DNA from: a virus
Taxonomy: Duplodnaviria > Caudoviricetes
Virus record (IMG/VR): IMGVR_UViG_3300037420_001133
Coordinates: 1-45,119 of that record
Length of the DNA stretch: 45,119 nucleotides
Direction: 5' to 3' (one strand)
The notes below the pieces were generated by a model. That model saw only the letters and a program-made list of their open reading frames with translations, did not search any database and had not been told where the DNA came from. The first letter of the stretch is position 1, and every line of letters starts with the position of its first letter. Made by a program: the position numbers and the translations under genes. Below, in pieces: positions 1-8,364 of this stretch.

Positions 1-60
1 GTCCGGCGTTTCCGCAGGTCAGAGGACATGTGACCGGGGGTAGCCATCCACCCGAGATCG

Positions 61-393
61 TCACTCGCTGTCACGCTTCGCTGCATTGCATGATCGACAC
101 AGCACACCGAGTGACTGTCGCTCATCTCCACCAGCAGCAACAGCGTGAGGATGATCGGCTGTCAGGTCAGTCGCCGGGTGGGGTAGCCGGTGCCAGCCAG
201 GACAGTTGAGCCCGAACTGTTCGACGTGTAGGCGGACAGCCTCAGCCCTGCGCTTGTCCTCGGCTGCGATGTGTGGCCTGACCTGCCGCTTGCGTTGGAG
301 TCTGCCCCTGTCGTAGGCGGCCTGGCAGGGGATGCAGCGGGAGCCTTGACAGAGGACTCGGCAGTCTGCGCACCTGCGCTGGATTGCCATCAC
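61..393 (-). CDS. HNH endonuclease (terminase-associated)
   Basis: CxxC..C..C N-terminus; DLTADH...LCRSCNAAK HNH motif; position adjacent to terS across the genome end. Confidence 0.9.
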   Translation of the reverse strand: MMAIQRRCADCRVLCQGSRCIPCQAAYDRGRLQRKRQVRPHIAAEDKRRAEAVRLHVEQFGLNCPGWHRLPHPATDLTADHPHAVAAGGDERQSLGVLCRSCNAAKRDSE

Positions 394-410
394 GGCTCGC
401 AGAACGCATG

Positions 411-440
411 AAGTTCACCTGCGCTGGGCATGGTGAACTT
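411..440. promoter_or_regulatory. Inverted repeat upstream of HNH (candidate late-control element)
   Basis: AAGTTCACC-N12-GGTGAACTT in the gap between the Zn-finger regulator and HNH. Confidence 0.35.
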
Positions 441-471
441 GCTGCAATCTTCGTACCTTGACGCGTGATCG

Positions 472-1161
472 TCAAGCAGCCGCACGGCGCGCCTTCTCTG
501 CTCTCGCCTTGGCCCGTGCCAGGTCAGCCTCGGCCTCAGAGGACGCCTTCCAGATGCGGACGTGTTCGCCGAGGAGACCGATGTTCGATTCGTCCCATGT
601 GCCCCTGCAGTTGAGGCAGACCGCGGTCTTGGTGTCGAGGCGGACGCGGATGGTGCCGCGGGTATTGCAGGGTTCCTCTTCGCCTTGGTCGTTGGTCTTC
701 AGGAGTGGGCATGGTGCTGTGGGCGCGTAGGGCTGGTTGCGCCACTTCGTGATGGTCTCGGCCCATGCCACCCATGCGCGGAGTTCCCGGAGCAGGTCGG
801 TGCGTTGGTCTGAGGTCATGGTGGCGCCGACGAGGGCGCGGAGGTTCGACGCCACCGTGGACCGGGCCTCAAGGCGTAGGCGGTGCACCCATTTCACGGA
901 GCCGATGGTGATGGCGGTGTGGCATGCCACGGCTTCAAGGTCGGCTGGTGGGCGGGATGCGTGGTCGCCGGCGCCGGGTTCGGAGGTGCCGGGGAACGCG
1001 GCCGCGGCGAGCTGGTCGAGCAGGGACGGGAACGCCTCGACATGGTCGCGGAACTTCCGGTTGCGGTTCGTGTCCCAGTAGGGGATCTGCTCGCGGTGTT
1101 TGTAGGGCTCGGTGAGCGCATCGGCTGCGGTGGGGACGTCGACGAGGTTCCACTCGCTCAC
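472..1161 (-). CDS. Zn-finger protein, candidate late-gene regulator
   Basis: CP...C / CLNC...W motif near the C-terminus; last early gene before HNH/terS, where late activators usually sit. Confidence 0.6.
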   Translation of the reverse strand: MSEWNLVDVPTAADALTEPYKHREQIPYWDTNRNRKFRDHVEAFPSLLDQLAAAAFPGTSEPGAGDHASRPPADLEAVACHTAITIGSVKWVHRLRLEARSTVASNLRALVGATMTSDQRTDLLRELRAWVAWAETITKWRNQPYAPTAPCPLLKTNDQGEEEPCNTRGTIRVRLDTKTAVCLNCRGTWDESNIGLLGEHVRIWKASSEAEADLARAKARAEKARRAAA

Positions 1162-1346
1162 GCTGTCCCCCGTTCGGTTGAGGCTGGGTCGGTCTCACGG
1201 CTGAGGTCAGAGGGCACCGGGCGGTTCATGTAGCCGCGGCGGATCGCCGCCCGCTGCTGGGGAGTCAGGTTGAAGCCCGGGACCTCCTTCGCCGAAAGGG
1301 AGTGGCGGGACGCTGCCGGCTGACCGGTAGGTACAGGGAAGGTCAC
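1158..1346 (-). CDS. Hypothetical protein
   Basis: 4-bp overlaps with both neighbours. Confidence 0.55.
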   Translation of the reverse strand: MTFPVPTGQPAASRHSLSAKEVPGFNLTPQQRAAIRRGYMNRPVPSDLSRETDPASTERGTA

Positions 1347-1663
1347 GGCGAGGTCCGGGTCGTCAGGTGGTCGATCATCTTGTCGACGCGGACACGTTCG
1401 GCCAGGTAGTCCTTCCGCAACGTCTGCATGTCACCCGTCCCGCCGAAGTGTGCTGAGAGCGCATCGAGGAGAGCGCGGGCCATGGACTCGGGTAGCCGCA
1501 GCGTCGGCTCCTGCTGAATGCCGACGGCGCCGGTTTCCTCCTCGCGCATGACCAGTTCGACCGGCTGACCGACGGCGAACCGCTGATCACCGACCTTCTG
1601 GACGAGGTAGATCGAGACGCCCATGCGGAAGAAGTCCGGCTGGACGAAGGCGCGGTCGCTCAT
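1343..1663 (-). CDS. Hypothetical protein (106 aa, MSDRAFVQ...)
   Basis: ATG 1663 overlaps the upstream stop; SD present. Confidence 0.7.
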   Translation of the reverse strand: MSDRAFVQPDFFRMGVSIYLVQKVGDQRFAVGQPVELVMREEETGAVGIQQEPTLRLPESMARALLDALSAHFGGTGDMQTLRKDYLAERVRVDKMIDHLTTRTSP

Positions 1664-1848
1664 CCCTGCTCCCGACGCTTCGCTAACTGCCCGAAGACGA
1701 ACACTGCGCACTGCTCGCACCAGTGGAAGTCGCCATCGGGTAGGTGGCCGCCACGGAGGCCATTAGCTCGGTGGCCCTCCACAACAACCTGCCTGCGGTC
1801 CGCAACCAAGACGCTGCCGCATCCGTCGCAAATGATCTGGGTGCTCAT
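1660..1848 (-). CDS. Small Zn-ribbon protein
   Basis: CDGC...HWCEQC. Confidence 0.7.
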   Translation of the reverse strand: MSTQIICDGCGSVLVADRRQVVVEGHRANGLRGGHLPDGDFHWCEQCAVFVFGQLAKRREQG

Positions 1849-2129
1849 CCCTGCTCCTCGGTGTGTGCGGCGGGCGAGTCCGCGTGGAACGGTCCCTCGG
1901 CGGGCTCGACGAACAGAGCGTAGCCGCTGACCCGGTCGCCGAGTCCGCGCGCCGCCATGGAGCCAGGCATGGCCGGATATACGAGCACCGTGTTGACCTT
2001 CCAGACCGTTCCGAGGCCGCCGGTCGGCATGACGATCAGCGCACCGAGCGGCGGCAGCGCGTCCACGAAGCAGTGGCCGAGGTCGACGTCATCGGTGTCG
2101 GTGTGCTGATACAGCCTGAGTTCGATCAC
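1845..2129 (-). CDS. Hypothetical protein (94 aa)
   Basis: GTG 2129 with GTGA overlap. Confidence 0.65.
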   Translation of the reverse strand: MIELRLYQHTDTDDVDLGHCFVDALPPLGALIVMPTGGLGTVWKVNTVLVYPAMPGSMAARGLGDRVSGYALFVEPAEGPFHADSPAAHTEEQG

Positions 2130-2425
2130 AGCTTCCCCTCCTCGCTGTGTTGGGCGGCCAGCGCCAACCATCCGGCGACGGTCTCACCGGGCTCGGCGAC
2201 CAGCGGGACGGCAACGACCTTCCGCGCCGCGTCGTCGGTGGCCGGGTCAACAACCAAGCGGCCGGCGTCATTGCGCCGATAGACCGGGCAGAAGATCAGA
2301 TCCTCGGCGATGGCGAGGCGCGCGTCGGTGGGCACGTCATTCGGGTCGATGCCGTTGGCGCGCAGCCACACACACAGCCGCTCCCGGTGCGCCGTGGCGT
2401 AGTCGTACACCTCGTCGTAGATCAT
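2126..2425 (-). CDS. Hypothetical protein (99 aa)
   Basis: ATGA coupling; WLRANGIDPNDVP motif typical of actinophage early genes. Confidence 0.7.
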   Translation of the reverse strand: MIYDEVYDYATAHRERLCVWLRANGIDPNDVPTDARLAIAEDLIFCPVYRRNDAGRLVVDPATDDAARKVVAVPLVAEPGETVAGWLALAAQHSEEGKL

Positions 2426-2697
2426 GTTCCCTCCTCGGTGGTCAGCATCGGCGGAAGACACAGCAGCAACCTGACCCCGTCGGGGTCATCGCCGATGGGG
2501 TTGCCGGGTGCCCAGTAGTTCCGGGAGGCGATGTCGACACCGGGGGTGTCCAGGATCGCGGCGGCCCGGTGCGCCACGCAGGGACCTCCGCTCTGCCCCT
2601 CGGTGATCAGGCACATCACGCAACCACTGACCGGCTGCGCCGCGTCGATCCGCTCGGCTAGCCACTGGAGGACTAGGTCACGGTCACTCGGCGGCAT
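2422..2697 (-). CDS. Hypothetical Cys-containing protein (91 aa)
   Basis: ATG 2697 with GAGGAG SD; CVMC...CVAH. Confidence 0.6.
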   Translation of the reverse strand: MPPSDRDLVLQWLAERIDAAQPVSGCVMCLITEGQSGGPCVAHRAAAILDTPGVDIASRNYWAPGNPIGDDPDGVRLLLCLPPMLTTEEGT

Positions 2698-2812
2698 CGG
2701 TCGACTCCTCGGCTGGCTTGCAGGACCCGTTCGGCAGCATGTGACCGCCGGGGCAGTTCCGCTCGGAGCAGTGCCAGCGTCCTTGATCGACCGGCTTACG
2801 GTCAGTCGGCAT
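2684..2812 (-). CDS. Small hypothetical protein (42 aa, not in ORF track)
   Basis: Translated by hand: MPTDRKPVDQGRWHCSERNCPGGHMLPNGSCKPAEESTDAAE; SD GAGGAG; fills the operon gap. Confidence 0.5.
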   Translation of the reverse strand: MPTDRKPVDQGRWHCSERNCPGGHMLPNGSCKPAEESTDAAE

Positions 2813-3086
2813 GGGTGGGCTCCTCGACGGTCGCAGGGCGGCCATGGCGCCGGTACCTGATGCGCTGCCAGAGGGTTGCCGGCCGCCAAGTCTGACCGAT
2901 CCGGCATTGGCCCCGGTGCCGGCCTGGGCCGTACGCCTCGCAGGCGTCGCATGCGTCGCCGAGACGCCACAGCGTGCCGCAAACGTCGCAGCGGTACAGA
3001 TCGCCGTCGGCGCCGTAAGGACCGAACGACCCCATCGGCAGATCGCAGCGGTGCGGTGATTCGGTCATGCGGCGGACGTAGCTCAT
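2802..3086 (-). CDS. Cys-rich hypothetical protein
   Basis: HRC...CDVC...CDAC...H..QC; SD GGAGGAG. Confidence 0.65.
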   Translation of the reverse strand: MSYVRRMTESPHRCDLPMGSFGPYGADGDLYRCDVCGTLWRLGDACDACEAYGPGRHRGQCRIGQTWRPATLWQRIRYRRHGRPATVEEPTHAD

Positions 3087-3126
3087 GGCGTCTCCTCCGC
3101 TGGTGCTGGCGCGACTGACACCCGGT

Positions 3127-3171
3127 TAGTGTTTGACACTACGAACTCCCGTCGGGTAGTGTTATACACAT
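3127..3171 (+). promoter_or_regulatory. Sigma70-type promoter overlapped by two operator-like palindromes
   Basis: TTGACA (3133-3138)-N18-TAGTGT (3157-3162); TAGTGTTTGACACTA (3127-3141) and TAGTGTTATACACAT (3157-3171). Confidence 0.75.
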
Positions 3172-3196
3172 CAGCAGGACGACGAAGGAGACCGAG

Positions 3197-3628
3197 ATGA
3201 CCGAGGATCAGATCGACGACCTGGGCGGCCGCGCCCTGGCCACCGTCTCCCTGGAGGCGCGGGCGGCCGTGGAATCCGCCGTTGAGCACATGATCGAGCG
3301 CGAGTACGGCACCGGCGACCCGGCCAGCCTCCGCGGCGCCAGCCAGCTCGCCACGGCCGCCATCACCCTGGATATCCGCCCGCTGTACGTGGAGACCAAC
3401 GGCACCGACCGGGGCGTGGAGTCCCTCGCCGCGATCCTGTTCCGCATCCTCGTCCGTGACGGCCTGGACCAGCGGCGTTGCCCGTGCGTACTCACTGGGG
3501 TTGGCCACCACCACGTCGGCCAGTGCTCGGCCCACTACGAGGCCGACGTGCCGCCGATCGACGGCGAGCGGCTCTGCGGTACCTGCCACGTGGCGGTGTA
3601 CGCGACCAAGACCGCCGAGCGTGGCTGA
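3197..3628 (+). CDS. Hypothetical protein with C-terminal Cys/His cluster (moron gene 1)
   Basis: AAGGAG SD; own promoter; CPC...HHH..C...CGTC. Confidence 0.8.
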   Translation: MTEDQIDDLGGRALATVSLEARAAVESAVEHMIEREYGTGDPASLRGASQLATAAITLDIRPLYVETNGTDRGVESLAAILFRILVRDGLDQRRCPCVLTGVGHHHVGQCSAHYEADVPPIDGERLCGTCHVAVYATKTAERG

Positions 3629-3825
3629 TGCCCCGTCCTGGACCGCGCCGCCCCCTCGTCGCCATCCGGCTCTCCACGGATGGCACGAGTTGGCTCGACC
3701 AACGCGCTGAAGCGGAAGGGCTGGTGAAGGGCGACGGCCAACCGAACCGGTCGGAGATGATCCGGATCGCGTTGGCGTACGCCGCTGCGCATATGCCGAA
3801 GGGTTGGCGACCAAAGGGATCATGA
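3628..3825 (+). CDS. Ribbon-helix-helix (CopG-like) DNA-binding protein
   Basis: TGATG coupling; VAIRLS...LDQRA...NRSEMIRIAL pattern. Confidence 0.8.
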   Translation: MPRPGPRRPLVAIRLSTDGTSWLDQRAEAEGLVKGDGQPNRSEMIRIALAYAAAHMPKGWRPKGS

Positions 3826-4341
3826 CGGCTCCGTTGGCGTGTCTGGCTGCCCGCCGTCCAGCGCGGCCGGGGCGGCCGGGGCTTCCGTCAGCGGCGCGTT
3901 CGCCCTGAACAGCGCCCACCACGTTTCGATCGGCTGTAGGCCACGCTCGCGGCACAACTGCCAGCCACGGTCGACGCGCTCCCAGCGCCGGTCCGAGCAG
4001 TCCAGGACGGCCGTCACCTCAGGACCCGGCGGGGGCGGCAGATCCCACGTCCGCGCTCCCTCACCTTCTGGGCCGCCTACCGCGCTCTGGCCGATCGCGC
4101 ACCAACCCTTGTGCTCGGCGGTGGTCGTGTAGCAGACCGGGCACTTCTCTGGGCCGCCTTCGGCGGGGCGCCGGGACCACTCCAGATCGAAGATCAGTGA
4201 GTCGCGGTCGACGCCGAGGTGGTCGCACAGGTACTCGAACGCCAGGTTCGCGTTGTTCATGTACGAGCCGTTGCGTAGCGCGTTGTCGACCGCCGCCAGC
4301 AACGCGGGCAGCGGATAGTTCTGTCCCTCGGTTTGGATCAT
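3820..4341 (-). CDS. Hypothetical mosaic protein (173 aa)
   Basis: ATGA coupling with the upstream gene. Confidence 0.65.
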   Translation of the reverse strand: MIQTEGQNYPLPALLAAVDNALRNGSYMNNANLAFEYLCDHLGVDRDSLIFDLEWSRRPAEGGPEKCPVCYTTTAEHKGWCAIGQSAVGGPEGEGARTWDLPPPPGPEVTAVLDCSDRRWERVDRGWQLCRERGLQPIETWWALFRANAPLTEAPAAPAALDGGQPDTPTEPS

Positions 4342-4916
4342 GACGTCTCCTCGGCGGGGCACTGCGCGGGGTCAACCACCTGCCACGGCGTGATGGCGAC
4401 TCGGCGGTGGAGCAGCTCGGTGCGGGCCGAGATCCGGGTCTCGATGATGCGGCGTGCGGCGCGTTCGTTGAATTCCGCGTAGTCCTGGTATCCCTCGGTC
4501 TCGTCTCTGTACCAACGCCGAGTTCCCCACTCATCGCGGCCCTGAGGCTCCTCGACGGAGCGCTGCGCATCCAGGGCGGCGAGGCGCGCGTCGCCGTCGA
4601 GGCCAGCTTGCGCGATGCACTCGCTGCACCACCGGTCGGCCCCGTACTCAGCGGTCGGTGTCCGGCCGGAACCCTCGTCGCGGCATGACCCTTGGTAAAG
4701 GGTCGTGCAGCCAACTGCTGCGATCAGACGCAGGGCGGCCGGCGCGGCGGCGTCGTGCTCGCCGCGCGCCCGCCAGACCGACTCCATTGCAGCGCGGAAC
4801 GTCTCTGTCTTCGCCAGCCATTGAGCATGGTCCTCCGCGGCATCGGAGTTGATGAACAGCCGTCTGGCTTTCGCCCGCGCCGCGTTCAGGTACACGCTCT
4901 CGTCAATGTCAGCCAC
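4338..4916 (-). CDS. Hypothetical mosaic protein (192 aa)
   Basis: GTG 4916; internal C..C...WCSEC motif. Confidence 0.6.
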   Translation of the reverse strand: MADIDESVYLNAARAKARRLFINSDAAEDHAQWLAKTETFRAAMESVWRARGEHDAAAPAALRLIAAVGCTTLYQGSCRDEGSGRTPTAEYGADRWCSECIAQAGLDGDARLAALDAQRSVEEPQGRDEWGTRRWYRDETEGYQDYAEFNERAARRIIETRISARTELLHRRVAITPWQVVDPAQCPAEETS

Positions 4917-5436
4917 GGCTGCCAGTCCTCGCCTGCGCGCGCCAGTCCGCAGCCCATTCGAAGTCCAAGCCGGCACGCTCGGCGCACACCCGGTCTTCGT
5001 CGCGGTCGCCCACCATCAGGCCCATGTACGGGGGGTAGTACTCGTCATGCTTCGCTGCGAGGTCGAGTGCTGCCTCGATCAGCAGCCCGGGGGCCGGCTT
5101 GCGGCACCAGCATCGCGCCATCTCGGGGTGGTTCGCGTCAGGGTGGTGCGAGCACCAGGCGATCTTGTCGAACAGTTCCTCGGCCTGCGCATGGGTCTCT
5201 GCCATCGCGGCGGCGACCAGCCGGGGTGTGGTGTGGCCGAGCGCGATGCCGCCTTGGTTGCTGACGCCGATGATCCGGCCGCCGTCGTCCTTCCAGCGCC
5301 GCATCATCACCCTGGCCTCGGGGAAGACACGGACGTCCTCGGGTCCGTTGACGAACCGGCCGAGGGCGTCGTCTTTGCCCTGCCGGACGGTGCCGTCGAT
5401 GTCCAGGTACAGGACGGGTACGGCGCGCTCAGCCAC
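4909..5436 (-). CDS. HAD-IIIA phosphatase (GmhB/HisB-like)
   Basis: LDIDGT, SNQGG, CSHH...CWCRKP, MVGD...D motifs. Confidence 0.9.
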   Translation of the reverse strand: MAERAVPVLYLDIDGTVRQGKDDALGRFVNGPEDVRVFPEARVMMRRWKDDGGRIIGVSNQGGIALGHTTPRLVAAAMAETHAQAEELFDKIAWCSHHPDANHPEMARCWCRKPAPGLLIEAALDLAAKHDEYYPPYMGLMVGDRDEDRVCAERAGLDFEWAADWRAQARTGSRG

Positions 5437-5740
5437 GGTCTGCTCCTTCGGTGTCAGTGGGACCGTCCAGGGCGGCGCGGACATCGACGATGCGGATGTA
5501 CGTGAAGCCCCCGGCCTGGCGGGCAGCACAGGCTTCCCGGACGCGTTCGATGGCGGCCACGGTCTGCTCGACGCGGGCGGTAGCGGCGGCCAACTGCTGG
5601 ATCAACTCGTACGGCGTCCGTGGGTCCGGCGGAACAATCCCCGGCCCGTCGCCGAACAGGTACCCGACCAACTCGGGATCGGCGCGCATCTCCGCAAGCA
5701 CCTTCTCCACGCCCTCGCGGAGTTCATCGTTGTTCGGCAT
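5429..5740 (-). CDS. Hypothetical protein (103 aa)
   Basis: ATG 5740 with GGAGG SD. Confidence 0.6.
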   Translation of the reverse strand: MPNNDELREGVEKVLAEMRADPELVGYLFGDGPGIVPPDPRTPYELIQQLAAATARVEQTVAAIERVREACAARQAGGFTYIRIVDVRAALDGPTDTEGADRG

Positions 5741-6362
5741 CGGTGCCCTCCCGGGACGCGTAGGTGTCCACGGCGGCGGCGAGGTTCCACGTCTGGGTGC
5801 GGTAGTCCACGCTCGCACCGATGCGGATATGCACGTCGCGCCATGCCTTCGCCGCTTCTACGACCGGCTCTGCTCGTTGCCACCGGTCCAGCACTTCCTC
5901 GTACGCGGCGCGGAGATCAACGATGGAGGACCAGCCGAAGAGGTCCCGGCGCATCCGTTCGACTTCGGCCCGGGCCCCGTTAACCTCGGTGATCTTCTCG
6001 TCGTACAGGTGCCGGTACCGGTCGGCGTCGGCCCGGGCGGCGTCACGCTCGGCCATCACATCGCGGCAGATCTTGTCTCGGTCGGCGATGCGATCGGACG
6101 CGACAGCACGGGCGTTAGTCAGGGCACCTGTGAGTCGCTGAAGCTCATCGCCGCACTCGTCTCGTTCTCGCTGCGCTTCGGCTAGGGCGGCGAGGAGGGT
6201 GGGGACGGCCGCAGCCAGCTCACCGCGCAGACGTGCGCGCATCTCCGCCGTTGGGGACGTCTCGTCATCGCATGGGACCTTGTCTAGCAGGGCGAGACGC
6301 TGCCGGATCGCGTCGTAGTCGGCGATCAGGTCTAGTGGGGACGAAGGGTCAGGAGCGGTCAT
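5724..6362 (-). CDS. Coiled-coil hypothetical protein
   Basis: Heptad-rich, in the operon. Confidence 0.7.
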   Translation of the reverse strand: MTAPDPSSPLDLIADYDAIRQRLALLDKVPCDDETSPTAEMRARLRGELAAAVPTLLAALAEAQRERDECGDELQRLTGALTNARAVASDRIADRDKICRDVMAERDAARADADRYRHLYDEKITEVNGARAEVERMRRDLFGWSSIVDLRAAYEEVLDRWQRAEPVVEAAKAWRDVHIRIGASVDYRTQTWNLAAAVDTYASREGTDAEQR

Positions 6363-6591
6363 CGGAACCGCCGGCCGGAACGTGCTTGTGATCGGGAAGC
6401 TGCATCAGATCCTCGTGCCGGTCCTGCCACTCGATGATCTCTTCCAGTGCCTTTGCGACCTCGTCGGCCTGGCGGACCAGGTCGTACTTGCGGCAGAGGT
6501 CGCGGTACGCCCGCACTGCCTCGACGGCAAGCGCGTCCTTGGCCTTGATGACGAACACGGGCATCTCGTCGGTGATCTTGTCAGCGGTCAT
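6349..6591 (-). CDS. Hypothetical protein
   Basis: PVFVIKAKDALA motif seen in many phage small genes; SD GAGGAG. Confidence 0.75.
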   Translation of the reverse strand: MTADKITDEMPVFVIKAKDALAVEAVRAYRDLCRKYDLVRQADEVAKALEEIIEWQDRHEDLMQLPDHKHVPAGGSDDRS

Positions 6592-6877
6592 GGTTGTTCT
6601 CCTCTTCGGTGAGGGCGGCGTACACGTGGCAACACAGCCCGGCCGGATTCGGCAGCACGTCCTCCCGGCCCAGATACTCGCCGAGCACCAAGTCGGCCAC
6701 CCCGGCGCGCACGGCGGCTTGTTCGTCCACCCACTCGTCCCGGACGGGGTGGACGACGGCGGATACGGCGATCCAGTAGCGCTGCGGGATGCCGAGCGCC
6801 TTCCCAGCTTCCTCGCCTAGGTACACAACCGGGGTTTGGTTCGGGTCGCCGATGGCTTCCGGGTTGATGGGGATCAC
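6581..6877 (-). CDS. Hypothetical protein (98 aa)
   Basis: GTG 6877 with GAGGAG SD and GTGA overlap. Confidence 0.65.
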   Translation of the reverse strand: MIPINPEAIGDPNQTPVVYLGEEAGKALGIPQRYWIAVSAVVHPVRDEWVDEQAAVRAGVADLVLGEYLGREDVLPNPAGLCCHVYAALTEEENNHDR

Positions 6878-7107
6878 GACTCCTCCTCGGTGGGCTCGGC
6901 GGCGGGGCGGTAGACCGCGAGCGCGTTGGCCTGGACGATGGCGAACTCGACACCGGGCAGAACCTTCGTCAGCTGCGCCTTCCACACGTCCCAGTCGGCC
7001 ATGCTCAGCGGCCGCGCCACCGCGATGACCAGGGTGTCGCCCGGGCGAACGATGGCGAGCGTTTCGAGCTCCAGCGTGGCGCGCAGGTCGGTCTTAGCCA
7101 TGGTCAC
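6874..7107 (-). CDS. Hypothetical protein
   Basis: Coupled overlaps; IVRPGDTLVI. Confidence 0.7.
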   Translation of the reverse strand: MTMAKTDLRATLELETLAIVRPGDTLVIAVARPLSMADWDVWKAQLTKVLPGVEFAIVQANALAVYRPAAEPTEEES

Positions 7108-7388
7108 GGCTTCTCCTCTGGGTGCTGAGCGTGGGAACGAGCAATGGCGGCGGCGTCGGTCATGATCGCGGCGAGAGCGAGGCCAACGGATGGCGTCCAG
7201 GCGTCACGCCTGATCTGTTCCGCCTTCTCGTCGATACCCTCCGCGATCTCCTCGGCGACCTGTTGCCGGATCAGCGGGGAGACAGTGACGAGGATGTGAT
7301 CGGCCCACGCCTCGGCGCGCTTGCGGTCGACGAACATGTTCAGCGCGTCGATCATGGCGCGCCGTACGTCTGGGGTTGGGTCGGTCAT
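7104..7388 (-). CDS. Hypothetical protein (94 aa)
   Basis: ATG 7388 overlaps the stop of the replication gene. Confidence 0.65.
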   Translation of the reverse strand: MTDPTPDVRRAMIDALNMFVDRKRAEAWADHILVTVSPLIRQQVAEEIAEGIDEKAEQIRRDAWTPSVGLALAAIMTDAAAIARSHAQHPEEKP

Positions 7389-8173
7389 GCTGGCTGACTC
7401 CTCGGCCGGAATGGGACGACTTTGGCACTCGGTTTCGCTGATTCGCGTCGACAGATTGCGCATGAGGGTTTGCCGTCCTTGCGGAGTCGGGAGGCGAGTC
7501 CGTGTTCGCATCGATCAGGCATCGGAGGGGGATCAGGATCTTGTGGCGGCCCGGTCGCGCACGTATGGGTGACGGCCGTACGAAGGTCTTCATCGGAGTG
7601 GGAGGTAGTAGTGGTGGGTTGGTCTATGGGAGTTAATGCGCCGTGGGGTGGGGTGTACGACCGGCGTGGGGTGGGGTGTACGGCCCCCCGTTCGGGGTCT
7701 CCGGTGGGCTGTACGTCCTCCTCGTTGTCGGCCCGTACGGGTTCCCCCGCGCCCCGTACGGAGCCGTCCGTAGAACCCACCGCACGACCCGTACGACCAC
7801 GCCGGTGATAGCCCTCGCGGACGCGCTGGATGGCTAGCGTCGCCTCGGCCGGGCTCGGCACGGCGACCGCTTCCAGGAGGTTCTCACCGAGGATCAGGCG
7901 GTATTCGTCGTGGCTACCGGGCTGGCCGCTGCGACGCTTGGCTAGTTCGATCAGGCCGACATTCAGCAGCACTGAAATGGCCTTTTGAACCGTCTTGTAG
8001 TCCACCTCGGCGGCGACAGCGATCGTCGCCACGCCGGGATAGACCCGCTCGCCGTTCCGAAAGTCGGCATAGGTCGCCATCATCAGCGCGATGTATTTCG
8101 TGGTCTTACCCAGCCGGGCACGCCGGACGACGTCCGTCCACTCTCGAACGGACACGGTCGGTGTACTCGACAT
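7385..8173 (-). CDS. Replication initiator (N-terminal wHTH, RepA/O-like)
   Basis: LMMATYAD..G..VYPGVATIA....VQKAISVL..GLI..YRL; low-complexity linker with DNA repeats; C-terminal CEH..CAIC. Confidence 0.8.
   Translation of the reverse strand: MSSTPTVSVREWTDVVRRARLGKTTKYIALMMATYADFRNGERVYPGVATIAVAAEVDYKTVQKAISVLLNVGLIELAKRRSGQPGSHDEYRLILGENLLEAVAVPSPAEATLAIQRVREGYHRRGRTGRAVGSTDGSVRGAGEPVRADNEEDVQPTGDPERGAVHPTPRRSYTPPHGALTPIDQPTTTTSHSDEDLRTAVTHTCATGPPQDPDPPPMPDRCEHGLASRLRKDGKPSCAICRRESAKPSAKVVPFRPRSQPA
7574..7798. repeat. Iteron-like GTACG repeats inside rep (candidate origin)
   Basis: About seven YGTACG-centred repeats in both orientations, e.g. GGGGTGTACG at ~7650 and ~7673, CCCGTACG at ~7732, ~7753 and ~7788. 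Confidence 0.6.
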
Positions 8174-8190
8174 GAGATGGTGATGCCCTT

Positions 8191-8364
8191 CTAGTCGTGT
8201 TCGCCGAGACGTCGCGCCTCGGCCTCAGCTACTGCTGGATCGGTCGGCGGCAGTCGGTGGATGTCGTGGTCTTTCGGCAGGGGGCATTCCCGGCAGCCTG
8301 GCCGGCCCGCCCAGTCGGCGGTGTCCGCGTCGGGCGCGAACACGTGGCGGGGCTTCGCGCGCAT
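8191..8364 (-). CDS. Small Cys/His protein (57 aa, not in ORF track)
   Basis: Hand translation MRAKPRHVFAPD...CRECPLPKDHDIH...RRLGEHD; TGATG coupling. Confidence 0.65.
   Translation of the reverse strand: MRAKPRHVFAPDADTADWAGRPGCRECPLPKDHDIHRLPPTDPAVAEAEARRLGEHD

Noticed and set aside
242-475. 77-aa ORF overlapping HNH
   Set aside because: Largely overlaps HNH out of frame and crosses a likely regulatory hairpin; no motifs.
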